A stretch of 64,000 nucleotides of DNA from assembly GCA_002269645.1 (NCBI GenBank), contig NIVC01001832.1:62001-126000 (forward strand), read 5' to 3'. The translations under genes and the position numbers were made by a program. A model generated the notes under the pieces. The model was not told the DNA's origin, searched no databases, and saw only the letters and a list, made by a program, of their open reading frames with translations. Source of the DNA: Macrostomum lignano. Taxonomy: Eukaryota. Position 1 is the first letter of the stretch. Each line of letters starts with the position of its first letter. Of the stretch, positions 1 to 14,808 are shown in pieces.

Positions 1-351
1 CATTTACGCGGGACTACGAATGAAGGCAATTAAATTCCAGGTTATACAGCCTTGTATTTTTAAACGCCCGCCTTCTTCATTGACTGTTGGAGCTTTGCTG
101 GCACTGCAGGCTTCTGGCTTGGCGTTCCTTTGGGCCAGCTGTCTATTTGATGAGGCCCCGTGTTCAATGCCAGCGCAGCTGCAGCTTGCTGAATTATTGA
201 CTAGGGTCTCACTCAGTGTGTGCCTGAACTGCTCCTGTGAGCCTGTTTTGGCTTAACGGTTAAATTCTTTTTAGTCGGCTTTAATGAGCATGTCTTTGTA
301 GAGCCACTGGTTGTACTTTGCAGCAAAGATTTTCCGAGTTTTTTTACATAC

Positions 352-2033
<1,682 letters not shown>

Positions 2034-2055
2034 GCCCCGAATCCCGCACCGCCAG

Positions 2056-3095
2056 GCCTGTTCCCCCTGCCGTGGTACCTGGTGTCGGAGTTCGCCCGTG
2101 ACTGGACGATCGCCCAGCTGTGCAGCAGTCCGCTCGCCGCCAACCTGGCCGTGGCAGCGTCGAACGCTCTGCCGACAATCTTCCACACAACGTCAATCTG
2201 GCTGACGGTGGCCCTGGCGATCCAGCGCTGGATCTACATCAACTTCCCCGTGCGCGTGCAGCGGCTCTGCACCAATCGTGCATCCGTGTGCATCACGATC
2301 GGCTTATTCAGCACCGCGACCCTGGTCATGTGCGCCTGGTACTACATTGACGGGCCCCACAAATGGGCTGCGTCCACCCTTGCCAGCGATGCAGAATCGT
2401 CGGCCTCCACTCGCCTGGTTGTCTCCTGCAATCTGGAGCGAGAGAAATCCGCTTTCAAAGCCGTCATCTACGCACGCATCGTGCTGGTGAACCTGCTGCC
2501 CTCGGTGCTGCTGCTCGTGTTCACCGCGCTGCTCATCAAGGGCCTCGGGCAGGCCACGCGGAGACGCAAGAGTTTGCTAGGCCGGCCAGCCGCGGCCAGC
2601 GTCCGAGCCAACAACGCCGGCGGTAGCGTCGTCGGCGCGTCGACTAAACGTCGGAAAAGACGACGAGAGGATGCCGGGACGACGACAACGGCGATGCTGA
2701 CTTTGGTTGTCGGTCTGTTCCTGGTTGTTGAGCTGCCGATGACGGTGGTGATGACGCTCTACCTGCTGGCGATGGAGGGACACCTGGACAGCGTCGATGT
2801 TGTGATTGGCTACGCCGTGCCGATCATCAACTTCACCATCCTGGTCACGTATCCGCTGAACTTCGTCATCTACACCATGATGTCGGCGCAGTTCCGCCGC
2901 ACTTTCGCTAGCTTGGTCGGCTGCGGCGGCTGCGGCGGTGGAGACGGAGGCCGCGACGCCAACCAAAGTGTGAGGAGGCGGCGCCGACCGACTGCCGACG
3001 ACGCTCAGGGAAACGAAGCGGCGGCATGTGCCGCGGGCACTGTGGAGCCACCGGTTGCTTTGGTTGAGGAGACCCCGATGATGGACGGGAACTGA
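2056..3095 (+). CDS. Class A peptide GPCR, sex peptide/MIP (allatostatin-B) receptor-like; last exon (end of TM2 to TM7 and C-tail). 5' exon(s) not found in the window
   Basis: Acceptor ccgccag|GC CTG TTC (phase 1). Motifs [24 protein letters not shown] (TM3; SPR-type FHTASIWLT..LA.QRY), FLVVELP (TM6) and [27 protein letters not shown] (TM7). Confidence 0.88.
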
Positions 3096-4712
3096 TGAAT
3101 GAAGGACGATGCATATTGGGTCTCAGGAGACGGTTCTGCAGTCATACCACAGCTAGATATGAATATTTATAAGAATCTGCAGACTCAAGCAGTTGACGCG
3201 CTGTCACCCCAGAAACTTCTACTGCTTGAAAAGCAACGGGCAACTCTGCCCTTCTGTACAGTCGCTAAATGAAAATGTTTTATTTTTTATCGAGCAATAT
3301 TTTCACCTGAAATAATTCATGCCGCATTGGTTTTTCTTGCTTCCCTTGCCTGCTCTTTCATAAAGTTCTCCTTTCTCACCTGACTTAATAGAAGCCCTAT
3401 ATTGAGTTCAAGAAATGTACTTTTTATGAGGACTGGCAGTCTTCTCACGGGGTGCACACGCAAACTTCTTAGTGGAATCTACGAGCGTGCTCTCAGCTGT
3501 GGACTCAATCGCGTTCTCCTGAACTTTGACAGGTGACTTCCCCTTATCGGAACCCGTGGATCCCCGGAAACAGGGTGTGAATGCAGTGTCAGTTTTCATC
3601 ATTTAATTTATTGCTTGTACTATATACTGTGCAGTTGTGTGAGAAATGTTGTTTTGCATTGATTAGTATTGAAAGAATGTAACATGCAGCTAGATAATCC
3701 CAGTGTGTTTTGAATGACGCTTATCTGCTATCCGCTTGTCATTGTAATTTATATTATTGATTTAACTCGTGTAGTTCATATTGTCCAGCTAGCTAATTTA
3801 TTAATCTGCATTGCCCCCAAATTTGAATGACAGGCAGTACTTGCTATTGTAATTAACATAATTGTAGTACATATTCGAGTACGCTATTATTTTTATTAAT
3901 CGTATAGTTGTTTACAGAACTAATTTACGGAATTTATAACAATATTTTTCTCTGTGAAACCTCATTCAACGCTATGCGTTCTCGACAGCATACTACGTAA
4001 ATGTACTGGCCCTCCAGGTGATTTCTAAGAAAGCCGACTAAAGCGTCTTTGTACTTCGGTTAAATATAGCTCGCATAAGCGCTCCTCTATGTTGGAGCCA
4101 ATAGGACCGCTAAAGCTTTTCTTGGTAAACATATTCAAAGGCTTGATTTTGTTTAAGTGAAAATATATACTATAATATATGTAAACCTAGTAAAATCTAG
4201 AAAATCTAACAGTCACAATCTTGAAGTACAAGTTGCAGCTGAACTATTGATGGTTAATTATAAATGACTTCGAAATGACGTGCCATAGAGTACAAATGCA
4301 AATGAAAATTCTCTCTATTCAATTGAGGATCTGTCTGTTTCATTAGCATTCAAAGGGCTTCTTTGCAGCTGTCGGTAACTCTGAATAATTTAGTTTTAAA
4401 CGGCATGACAAAACCACCTTTCGGAGGTCATTTGAACGCGATGTTTAAATCAAAGCGATGGAGCAGGGCCCGTGTTACACTCGAAGGTACTCATACAAGA
4501 GTTTAGACATCCTGATGATTTTACAAGCGAAACGGAAAATTCTATGATAGCCTAAATGCATTCACACTCTGCGCCCAACCTCTGCCCCAATGTACACATG
4601 TTAACCCGACAAACCCCCTAACCCACCCCATTATACAGATGTACATTCACAGCTCTCTCCACCAGAGCCCAAATGTACATAGGGGCCAGCTGTAGCGGGA
4701 AAGTCCTAGTCC

Positions 4713-4721
4713 GCTCTCTCT

Positions 4722-4763
<42 letters not shown>
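4713..4763 (+). repeat. (CT)n microsatellite
   Basis: Direct reading. Confidence 0.95.
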
Positions 4764-4767
<4 letters not shown>

Positions 4768-4928
4768 GTCTCTAAGATTGTCAAGGTCATGAAATGCTCA
4801 GCGGTTAACTCGTGCATTGGCATGAGTTGTGTGTGATTCTCGACCACAAGGGCCAACCCGTAAGGCACAAAGAGTGTGCATTTCTGACGTTGAAAAAGTC
4901 AAACTGATGCTGTAACACCATGCCTGCA

Positions 4929-5228
4929 CGACAACTGACTGTAGCGACAACTGGCTGTAGCGACAACTGGCTGTAGCGACAACTGACTGTAGCGACAACT
5001 GGCTGTAGCGACAACTGACTGTAGCGACAACTGACTGTAGCGACAACTGGCTATAGCGACAACTGACTGTAGCGACAACTGGCTGTAGCGACAACTGGCT
5101 GTAGCGACAACTGACTGTAGCGACAACTGGCTGTAGCGACAACTGACTGTAGCGACAACTGACTGTAGCGACAACTGGCTGTAGCGACAACTGGCTGTAG
5201 CGACAACTGACTGTAGCGACAACTGGCT
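4929..5228 (+). repeat. 16-bp minisatellite CGACAACTG(A/G)CTGTAG, ~18 copies
   Basis: Direct reading; 16-aa periodicity in the spurious ORFs equals 3 units. Confidence 0.95.
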
Positions 5229-5822
5229 GCCGTGTCTGCAGTTGTCATGCTACCAGAGGAAGAACGGACCTGACTGCTGCGCCCCCTCCCTGGCTGTGGG
5301 TCCGCTGTCGGCTTAATTTGGTCTGCTACATTGCCCGGAGCCCCCATGCAGACCAAACTCTAATTGGCTTGCAATTGACATGAATCTCTCGGAATCGCTC
5401 AGCATGGCAGCGTCCGGCCAATCTGTTGAGCAACCCTTAGTTAGTTGAGTGAGTCTGACTGGCATGATTTCTGGCTCAAATTAAGGCTTTAATATGCTAC
5501 TTGGAGACAGAGAGGTTCGCCAGGGAAGCACAACTGCAAAATCCAACTGTAGCCCATAGCGTAATTCGAAACAGACAGAGATTTTGTCTTGGCATACTGC
5601 ATGGCCCGAGTAATAATGTTGCGCTTTCTCCTAGAGGCAGCAAATTGCAGAAAGCACAGAATTAGCCAGCGCAAAGTGTAGCCGATTGCGAGAAATTCCA
5701 GCAAGCGAAAGTCGAGGCAGATCTCAAATCTAAATCGCCTTATTGCTTGCAGCTCCTCATCGAATGCTACTTCTGCATAGCCCTGGCCACAGTATGAACT
5801 GCCGGTCAGCAGGGATCTGCTT

Positions 5823-6545
5823 TAGAATAACAACAACAACAAAGTACGCAGCCCCGCATGCAAGGTCACAGTTATAGCAGGGTGTGTCAGATGGCGCGCC
5901 GCAAAGCCTGAGAGCGGACGAAGTCCGCTCCGTTGGCAGTGTCGGGCGCCCCAGCGTCGCACAGCAGGCAGTCCACGTACCGACGGGTTCGAGCCTGACC
6001 CCGCCTGAACGGGCCCCGCAAGGTGAGCAGCAGGACGTCCTGAACAGGTTGGGGGCAGTAGCCCTCGGCCCGGATCACGTGACCCGCCAGTTGAAGTCGC
6101 CACCGGTGCAGGATGATGGAGGGGCGCTGCAGCTTGGCCCGATCGTACAGGGCCTCGGTCCCGACGCTCTCGTCAGCTCGAAAGGCCGCACGGAGCAGCC
6201 CTGAGTGCGCCGAGTCCAGCTGCCGCTCCAACGTAGCCGTCAGCGTCCACGTCTCGGCGTTGTACAGCAGGACGGTCTTGACCACCGCCTGCCACAGCCG
6301 AGCCCTCTGGCGGTCAGGCAGCGCTTCGGACTGAAGGACGGCGCGAATCGACCGGTAGGGCGCTCATACGAGTCCTCTGACTTGCGGCATGTGTGTGCTT
6401 ATAAGCACCTCGGTCTTCAGCGTGTTGACAACTAGGCCGACACTTAATGCTACCTCTGTACCAACCTGTCGAATCTGACTCTCGGCGCCTTCAAACAGTT
6501 GAGGACAGGATGGCGAGCTCAGCACGCTCAGGTGTTTTTCGTTGA
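5823..6545 (-). mobile_element. 5'-truncated, internally deleted RTE-like non-LTR retrotransposon (3' end)
   Basis: Minus-strand translation AYRSIRAVLQSEALPDRQRARLWQAVVKTVLLYNAETWT...RLQLAGHVIRA is typical of a LINE RT C-terminus. Upstream remnant LSSTV..GA..LV.VA..VGLVVNTLKTEVL. (TTG)n 3' tail at about 5827-5843. Confidence 0.85.
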
Positions 6546-7282
6546 ACTCGTTGACCGAGAATCTGCGAACTTCCTTTTAAAAGATGATATTATTTTTTCT
6601 TGAGGTACATTTCAGACAAAACCCATACATGTATCTATAGATGTACATAATTGACACACATGCGCAGTCAAAGTACATACCGTATATCTCACGTTTTAGC
6701 ATGATACGAGTATGGTTTCTATTGCCGGCCTTTCATTTTATTAGTACACGACGCCTCCCCAGCCAGATCGCCCCCATGTATAATCAGCCTCTCTAGCGGC
6801 ACTGCCGCCCATCCATCGAATACAAATCCTTAGATATACATTTAGCCCCGAGCTGTCAGTCAAAAAGTGAAACATCAGCATCGCCAGCAAGACCTACTGT
6901 ATACCAAGAGCCCATGCAAGCCGGAGTGTTTTTTTTGAGATTGCACCAACGGAATGGCTGATTATCTTAGCGGGAAGTTCCGGCCCGCTGTGCGCAAACG
7001 AATTCCAGGAATCCTCTTACAGCCGTGCCATTCCAGGAAATGCAATTTCGGGCGCCTTTAGCGCTGCGAGCTGCATGTATGAAAACAGTGCTAGACAGAG
7101 TTTAAATCAAATATTTGATACTACAGTACTTGCATCGCCTGCGAATACAAAGTAGCTCGTACTTGCACACAATTATTTGCTTACAGAATAGGAACCCAGT
7201 AAGTTAAAAAATGCTGGCTTTCTAATTGGTTTTATCTCTTTAACTGAATGTGCGCTCGTGGACTTACCTGCTTATCTACTAG

Positions 7283-7660
7283 CACCTACTAATTATCTCT
7301 TACAATGTACCCCCACTTATATACACACCCCACTTATCTCCTACAATGTACACCCGCTTGTTTACAATTTACCCACTTATCTCTTGCAATGTACAACCAT
7401 CCCTTTACAACCGCTTATCTTCTACAATGTACCCCCCTGCACTTATCTCATGCAATGTACCCCACTTATCTCCTACGAGCGTACAACAATGTACACCCGC
7501 TTATCGTTTACAATTTACCCACTTATCTCTTGCAATGTAAACCCCTCCCTTTACAACCAGTTATCTCCTACAATTCACACCCACGTTTCTCATACAATGT
7601 ACACCCGCTTATCTCATACAATGTACCCCAATTATCTCCTACAATGTACACCCGCTGCGA
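7283..7660 (+). repeat. Degenerate ~22-bp minisatellite (CACTTATCTCTTACAATGTACC-like)
   Basis: Recurrent cttatctc/acaatgtac motifs; boundaries approximate. Confidence 0.8.
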
Positions 7661-8763
7661 CGACCAATGTACATTCTTCACCACCTGTCTTTTATAGCCA
7701 ATGTACATCAACTCATCTTCTATTATCAATATACAGCCACGTGTCTTCTACATTCAATCTAAATTCCAATGTACGTCCAATGCACATTGATCCCTGAAGA
7801 CTACGAGGATTCGTAAACCACGAATTACTCGTAGAGATAAAACACAACGAAGCCAAGATGATGTAATCAATCAACTGTTCAGCAAAAGTTCGTTTTTTCT
7901 CTGCCTAGCACGGAGAGCAGTCAGATTTTTGGACAGAATAAATAGCTGCGTTGATTTCCTTCAAAAAATAATATTGTAAAATAACGTTATGATATATGAA
8001 TGAATTTCATTAATATTATTTTTTAAGTACGCTAACAGAAAACAGATGGTTTGGAGAGAGAAGAGCGAGGAGAAGCAGCGACCAGAACAAAGAAGTCAAA
8101 TCAATATAAATCTATTAGATTTGCACTGACACATTCAGATCGCACAACAAGTAAACGCTGCGTACAATCTTAAAAACATCATTGCTGGGCGCCAGGAGGA
8201 AAAGTCACAAAAATGTGTAAATATACAAAATATCTATAAATGATAGATCAAATTCATATTTACATTCGGTGGGCTGAATTACTAAAATACTAACTTGATA
8301 GGTAATATTAATGGCAAAAAAATATATTATTTACAGACAACAATGACAGAAGGAAGACGAAAAGAAACTTATTTTGTCTTTTTTCGTTAAAATCATATTC
8401 TTAAAGATGAAGGCAAAATGTATAAAATGGACCGAGGACAGCACAGCTAGGACTTGACAGACATCTATTTTGATCATAGATTTATCCAGCAGTGAAACTT
8501 CCGGGCGGACTGGTAAACAGAATATTATTTAGAAGACTAATGAGCATGCTCCGACATGACTACTACTTGCGGAAGTAGGCTGTATAGAAATAACAGACGA
8601 AATTCTAATAGAAAAGAACATTTGTATAATTTTTCGGTCAAAGACTAGATAATGTAAAAACCAGAGATTCTTAATACGAATATTTAAGCAAAATAAAGAA
8701 TCTGAAAATTGCAGCGAAGATCTATTGCGATCGGAAATATTGAATTACACAGGCTGCCACACC

Positions 8764-9590
8764 GATGACCTCAAGCCATCTAGCTATGACCTCAAGCTAT
8801 ACCTATGATCTCAAGCTATATCTATGGCCTCAAGCCATCTAGCTATGACCTCAAGCCATTTAGCTATGAGCCATCTAGCTATGAGCCATCTAGCTATGAC
8901 CTCAAGCCATTTAGCTATGAGCCATCTAGCTATGACCTCAAGCTATACCTATGATCTCAAGCTATATCTATGGCCTCAAGCCATCTAGCTATGACCTCAA
9001 GCCATCTAGCTATGACCTCAAGCTATATCTATGGCCTCAAGCCATCTAGCTATGACCTCAAGCCATCTAGCTATGAGCCATCTAGCTATGACCTCAAGCC
9101 ATCTAGCTATGACCTCAAGCCATCTAGCTATGACCTCAAGCCATCTAGCTATGACCTCAAGCCATCTAGCTATGACCTCAAGCCATCTAGCTATGACCTC
9201 AAGCCATCTAGCTATGACCTCAAGCCATCTAGCTATGACCTCAAGCCATCTAGCTATGACCTCAAGCCATCTAGCTATGACCTCAAGCTATACCTATGAT
9301 CTCAAGCTATATCTATGGCTTCAAGCCATCTAGCTATGACCTCAAGCTATACCTATGATCTCAAGCTATAGCTATGGCCTCAAGCCATCTAGCTATGACC
9401 TCAAGCCATCTAGCTATGAGCCATCTAGCTATGACCTCAAGCTATCTAGCTATGAGCCATCTAGCTATGACCTCAAACCTTCTAGCTATGACCTAAAACC
9501 ACCCAGCTTTGATCTCAAGCTATATCTAGCTATGACCTCAGACCATCCAGCTTTGATCTCAAGCTATATTTAGCTATGACCTTAAGTCAT
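8764..9590 (+). repeat. 21-bp minisatellite TATGACCTCAAGCCATCTAGC
   Basis: Direct reading; 7-aa periodicity in the spurious ORFs. Confidence 0.95.
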
Positions 9591-9596
9591 ACCTAG

Positions 9597-9885
9597 CTCA
9601 GAAGCAATCTAGTCATGACCTCAGAAGCAGTCTAGTCATGACCTCAGAAGCAGTCTAGTCATGACCTCAGAAGCAGCCTAGTCATGACCTCAGAAGCAGT
9701 CTAGTCATGACCTCAGAAGCAGTCTAGTCATGACCTCAGAAGCAGTCTAGTCATGACCTCAGAAGCAGTCTAGTCATGACCTCAGAAGCAGTCTAGTCAT
9801 GACCTCAGAAGCAGTCTAGTCATGACCTCAGAAGCAGTCTAGTCATGACCTCAGAAGCAGTCTAGTCATGACCTCAGAAGCAGTC
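9597..9885 (+). repeat. 23-bp minisatellite TCATGACCTCAGAAGCAGTCTAG, ~12 copies
   Basis: Direct reading; abuts the 21-bp array and shares ATGACCTCA...CTAG with it. Confidence 0.95.
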
Positions 9886-10063
9886 AGTTTAGTCATAGCC
9901 GCAGACCCTCTATTCTAATCAGTCAAACAGCCATGGCAATGATGGCGCACAAAAAATGACGTGATCACGCTAACTATGCTACTTATAATAAAAGTAGCCA
10001 ATAACAGCTAAATTAGCAACAGAAAGAATACGACAAGAAGCGCTAAATGAATTACTTTAATTT

Positions 10064-12831
10064 TCATAATCTTTCGCCTCCGTTGCCGCCGCCGCCGGCG
10101 CCGCCAGAGTCGTTGGTTTCGGAGCCGGCCAGCAGGTTGCGTCGAACATCGCTTGGAAACCGTTTTTTACTCTTCTTTTTGCATCCGGCCAGCAGGTCTT
10201 TGTAATAATCCGATCGGAGAAATCTGTTATAGGAGTCAACCTTCATCAGCTGGAAGATGTGCTCCTCGGCCACTTCGAATGCGAACCGGTCCGGCGGGCC
10301 TTCCATGCGGCGTCGGACAGCCTCGGCCACTGGCCCGGCCACGTTCACCGGCTCGGTGGCGTCCGGGCCGAGAAACGTATCGTAGATCCGCTGCACCTCG
10401 CGAGCCACCTGCCCGATAGGCAGCCGCCTGAGCTGCTGGCAGGCCTCCCAGAAGGCCAGATTCTCGCCGCTGACCTCCTTCACCAGCCATTTTTCGAATT
10501 CCTGCCGGCCAGCCGGGTCGCGCAGCAGCTCGTGGATGCTAAACGCCCAGCGCTTCACCCGCCGGCCGGGGATGTCCCGCATGCGTTTGTCCGACTCCCA
10601 GAATTCAGCGCTGTCCGACACCCAAGGATTTTGGCATTGGTCCGGCAGGCCGCCGCCAATGAATGCATCGAATTCGCTGTACTGCTGATAGTAAGCTAGT
10701 ACGCTTTCCGCCGCCTTCGATACCTGTGTGCGTTGGTAGTGGCGCGAATTTAAATCACAACTATATATCACTTTTTAAGTGTTTTCGATACATGTCGCCA
10801 GTCGCAGAGTCTGATGGAATTTCTATAAAATTAATAACGCCGACATTGTCAAGCAACGGGCGCTGAGGCAATTCTGCCCACGACTTACTTTTTGACCAAA
10901 AATGCGACTTACCTATGCTATGCTAATTAACGTAATTTTAGGTAAACGGTACGAGTAACATTAACTGCATTATTAAGGCTAAATGCCTCGTCAGCTAATT
11001 AGTATTACGTCTAGTTGTTTTTTCGGGTGGGACTTGCTTGGCTGAGCCCCTCAGACTGGGCCGGGTGTTGCACATGTAATGTATGCTGGCACGCACTGCA
11101 CTCATACACAGGGTGAACAGCGGCCCTTGTGACTGTCTAATCGTCAGACATGTACACTCTCTGGGCCCCAAAGCACAGACAAAGGTCCGACTCGCGCCCA
11201 CGACCATTGGTCAGTTCAGGGACGCACACTAAACCAGTCCTGTAATCCAAGCCACTAACCTTGACCCGACTTCGAGACAGGGCCTGGCGCAGCTTGTCAG
11301 CCCGGACGGCCGGTTCGCAGGACTCAATGGGGCTGAGACGGCCGCTCGGTATGGGGAAGCTGGCCGACCTATTAGCTGCCTTGACTGGCCGCTTGGATCT
11401 GCACAGCTTGCGCATGTCCACCTCGTTGGCCACTACCGCGCCCGGCGGCGGCCGGTGCAGCAGCCAGAAGCCGCGCTCCTGACTCTCCAGCACCATGCGC
11501 TCCAGCCGGTCCTGCTTTCTAAATATTAGAATAGCAGGGGATTGCTGCGAGCTTAAGTTGGAACATCTGGCAATTTAACAGCTGCAGTGCCCGTATATAA
11601 TCCCTCACCACCCTTTGGAGCCTTGGAGCAATTCCCCTGGAGTCCTTGAACAGCTGATGGCAATTCCCCGTGAATCCTTGACAATCTGATAGAGATTCTC
11701 TTTGAGTCCTTGACAATCTGATAGAGATTCTCATTGAGCCCATGACAATCTGATAGAGATTCCCTTTGAGTCCTTGACAATCTGATAGAGATTCCCTTTG
11801 AGTCCTTGACAATCTGTTAGATTCCCCTTGACTCCTTGACAGTCTGATAGAGATTTCCCTTGAGTCCTTGACAGTCTGATAGAGATTCCCCTTAAGCCTT
11901 TGAACAGCTGATGGCAATTCCCCGTGAATCCTTGACAATTTGATAGAGATTCTCCTTGAGTCCTTGACAATCTGATAGAGATTCTCCTTGAGTCCTTGAC
12001 AATCTGATAGAGATTCTCCTTGAGTCCTTGACAATGTGTTAGATTCCCCTTAAGTCCTTGACAATCTGTTAGATTCCCCCTAAGTATTTTACAACCCTTA
12101 AGCTCTCTTGATTATGAACACAGGGGACCAATAGAATTAAACTATTAAATAAAATCACTCCAAACGCACCTGTCAACCTTGGCCTCAGCCTCCGCCTGCA
12201 GGTAGATGAGCTCCCACTTGTGCGACAGCATCCGTTGCAGCCTGGCCAAATTCTCGGCCTCATAATTGGCCAACTCAAGTCGCTGCTTATTAAGCAGAGT
12301 CCGCTTGCACAGGTACACGGCGTAATCAGCATTGTCTAATCGTTCAGGCGACCGGCTCGGCCACAGGTAGGGCGTTTGGAACCTGTAATAAGATGAGTCA
12401 TTGCGGACAGCCAGCGCCGTGCCCTCCACCGGTATGATGTAGCCGTGGGCTGCCAGCATGCTGGCCACGTGGCAGGCCTCCTGCGCGTCATCGGCGTCCG
12501 TGTTGCTTAGCAACCAGGCGCACAGCTCGGCGCCAGTGAAACAGGACGGCTGGCAGGACATGAAAGATTTCACTGTGCGAACTGTAACGCCGGAGTCTTC
12601 ATTCTGTAGCCGTTCCAATAGGCTCTCCAGCTTGGACCAGATGTAGGCGTTTGGCTGCTGCTGCTGCTGCTGATGGCGCTGGCGTGACCGAGAACCGGCG
12701 GCTACAGACGATGAAGCCGCAGCTGCAGTCACGCCAGAGCTGGAAGCCGACGACGAAGAGGGGCCTGAGGAGCCACCGCAGCCACCGCCGCCGCCGCCTC
12801 GATGCCGGGCGAGCTTTGAAGCCGACTGCAT
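10064..12831 (-). CDS. RGS7: R7-family regulator of G-protein signalling (DEP-DHEX-GGL-RGS), ~526 aa; exons 12170-12831, 11260-11518, 10064-10723
   Basis: DEP (SCFTGAELCAWL, YYRFQTPYLWPS), DHEX (YAVYLCKRTL, SQERGFWLLHRP), GGL (VSKAAESVLAY..Q..EFDAF, NPWVSD) and RGS (WAFSIHELLRDPAGR..F..WL.KEVSGENLAFW, MKVDSYNRFLRS) motifs. GT-AG introns; exon lengths 662+259+660 keep frame. Family is RGS6/7/9/11; exact orthology not determined. Confidence 0.92.
11640..12075 (+). repeat. 32-bp minisatellite (GAGTCCTTGACAATCTGATAGAGATTC...) in RGS intron 1
   Basis: Direct reading; 32-aa periodicity in the spurious ORFs. Confidence 0.9.
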
Positions 12832-13968
12832 GCGGGCAGAGCGGCCGGGTGTGTCTGCTAAGCTGGTGCAATAAAATTGTAGATTAATAGATTCGCTTGA
12901 GTTTCACAACGGCAGGCCAAGCAGGGAGAGGCGGGGCGTGAGGCACACAGAGGCCGCAGTGGCTCTGCACAGCCGCTGGCACCATGAAACACAATTAGAC
13001 AATTACAAACTTTACACTGGGAGGAATGTTATGTTCATTTTTAATAGTACGAGCTGCTATCACTACTATGTCATTGCTATAAGACTATGGCAACAAACAG
13101 TGTTCATCTATCATTGTGTTGCACTTTTTCTAAACATAAAAGTATGTACAATGATATCCTGATTATTTATAGACAATATTGTATAATAACCAGTGTTGGG
13201 CACCATTAATGAAAATCTTAACTTCTGTTAATGGCAAAAGCATTAGCGTTAAAACGAAAAAAATCTTAACTTTTTAACTCTTAATTTCATTAAGTGAACT
13301 GGAAATTAACTGATAGTTAATATGCATTAATCCATTAAAGTTAACACAGAAAATACAGAAATCTTGCACTTTTTCCAAAACAGACTTCATAATGCACTGT
13401 TTTTGCTTTTCCATCTTTTTAGCAAAACATAGAGGTCATTCAAGCGATTTACAAGCTAAAAAAACAAATAATATTAATTGTAAAACATGTAGGCATAATA
13501 CTACTAAAAGTAAGCAAGCATACAGTAAAAGAAGTAACTTTTTTATTTGAAACTTGAAAGCTAATTAGTTAATAATAAATACAAATAAGGTTGTTTCAGT
13601 AGCATTAGCAGGCATAGCAGAAAGGTACAAAAGATTGGCAAAGAAGTGAATCAAAGCAACCAATGCTAATGTGCAAGCAATAAAGTTCACAATTTTAATT
13701 CATTATTAAAGTTCATTAGTAAGAACTTGTTACATCTACATGATCATTGTCATAAACAAAAAGATTAATTAGGCATTTAGGTAAATTTGAAAACATTCAT
13801 AATGTTGTAACTTTTTGTTAGACTTGGTATTTTTGTTCTTTCTTTGCATTGTTGGTCATTGACACTGTCATTAATGTTAACAATGAATTTGTTGTTACCT
13901 CACAAAATTATTAATGCAAAATTGTTAATCTGTTAGTGCAAAAAATCTTAATGGCAGTCTATTAATGT

Positions 13969-14808
13969 TAGGGATTCCAATCCCGGGATCCCAGGATTGG
14001 GGCCAAAAATCCGGGATTTGAATTTTTTGGATTTGAATTTTTTGGGAATTGAATCCCGGGATTTTTAATCCCGGGATTGCATAAAAATCCCAGGATTGCA
14101 AAAGTTCGGGATCAGGATCCCAGGATTTCAAGGCCTTAATCCCAGGATTGATCCGGGATTAGAACAACCTTTCAATGCCTAAATTAGATAAATTAAAGTC
14201 TAAACGTTTATTTGAATAATAAAACATTTATTTGTTTTTGCTGTTTCTCAATGAAACGTTAAACATTTGCAAAGCTCCTGTCCTAATTAAGCTAAAAATT
14301 GTTCATGTGAACTGTAAATAAAAGATAATTTTAACCTTTTTTCGTTTTCCACCACGAGACGAGACTGAGGGCCTTTTCATATTGCTTGTTCTGGTTCCAG
14401 AACCAGAACCAATTTGTGAAGTATAACTTTTTGTCTCCATAACTAGAGGGAGATACGTGCTATAAAGTTTCTATTATTGAATGACAATTGCCAAGAAGAA
14501 AGTGAAAAATTGTTCAAAGTGAGGCTGTTAAGGCAGTCAAATATTAACAGAGTTTAATAGCTTTACTGCTGTTTTCCTTAGAATTCCGAACCAATTCTGG
14601 TTCTGGAATTGGTAATATGAAAAGGCCCTAAGACTCTAAGAGTCGCGAGACCATGACTACTGCATGCGGCATGCCGCACAGTCCGTCTTAGGGATTCCAA
14701 TCCTGGGACTGGGATTCCAGGATTTTGAATCCCGGGATTTCAACACAATTGGGATTTTGGGACTATTCAATCCTAGGATTGTAAAATGTTGGGATTTTGG
14801 AATCCTTA
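13969..14808. mobile_element. hAT-type non-autonomous composite element, TIR TAGGGATTCCAA, 8-bp TSD ATTAATGT
   Basis: ATTAATGT at 13961-13968 and 14809-14816. Left end tagggattccaa, right end ttggaatcctta. A second internal left end starts at 14689. Confidence 0.8.
14369..14628. mobile_element. PIF/Harbinger-type (Tourist-like) MITE nested in the hAT element
   Basis: Perfect TIR GGGCCTTTTCATATT / AATATGAAAAGGCCC; flanks TGA and TAA are compatible with a mutated 3-bp TWA TSD. Confidence 0.75.

Noticed and set aside
3290-3610. 64-aa ORF and coding-like composition
   Set aside because: No recognisable motif or consistent splice structure.
5229-5820. Moderately GC-rich stretch with 70-100 aa ORFs
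   Set aside because: No recognisable homology; probably decayed TE.
13191-13260. CAGTGTTGGG hAT-like left end
   Set aside because: No matching right end or TSD found.
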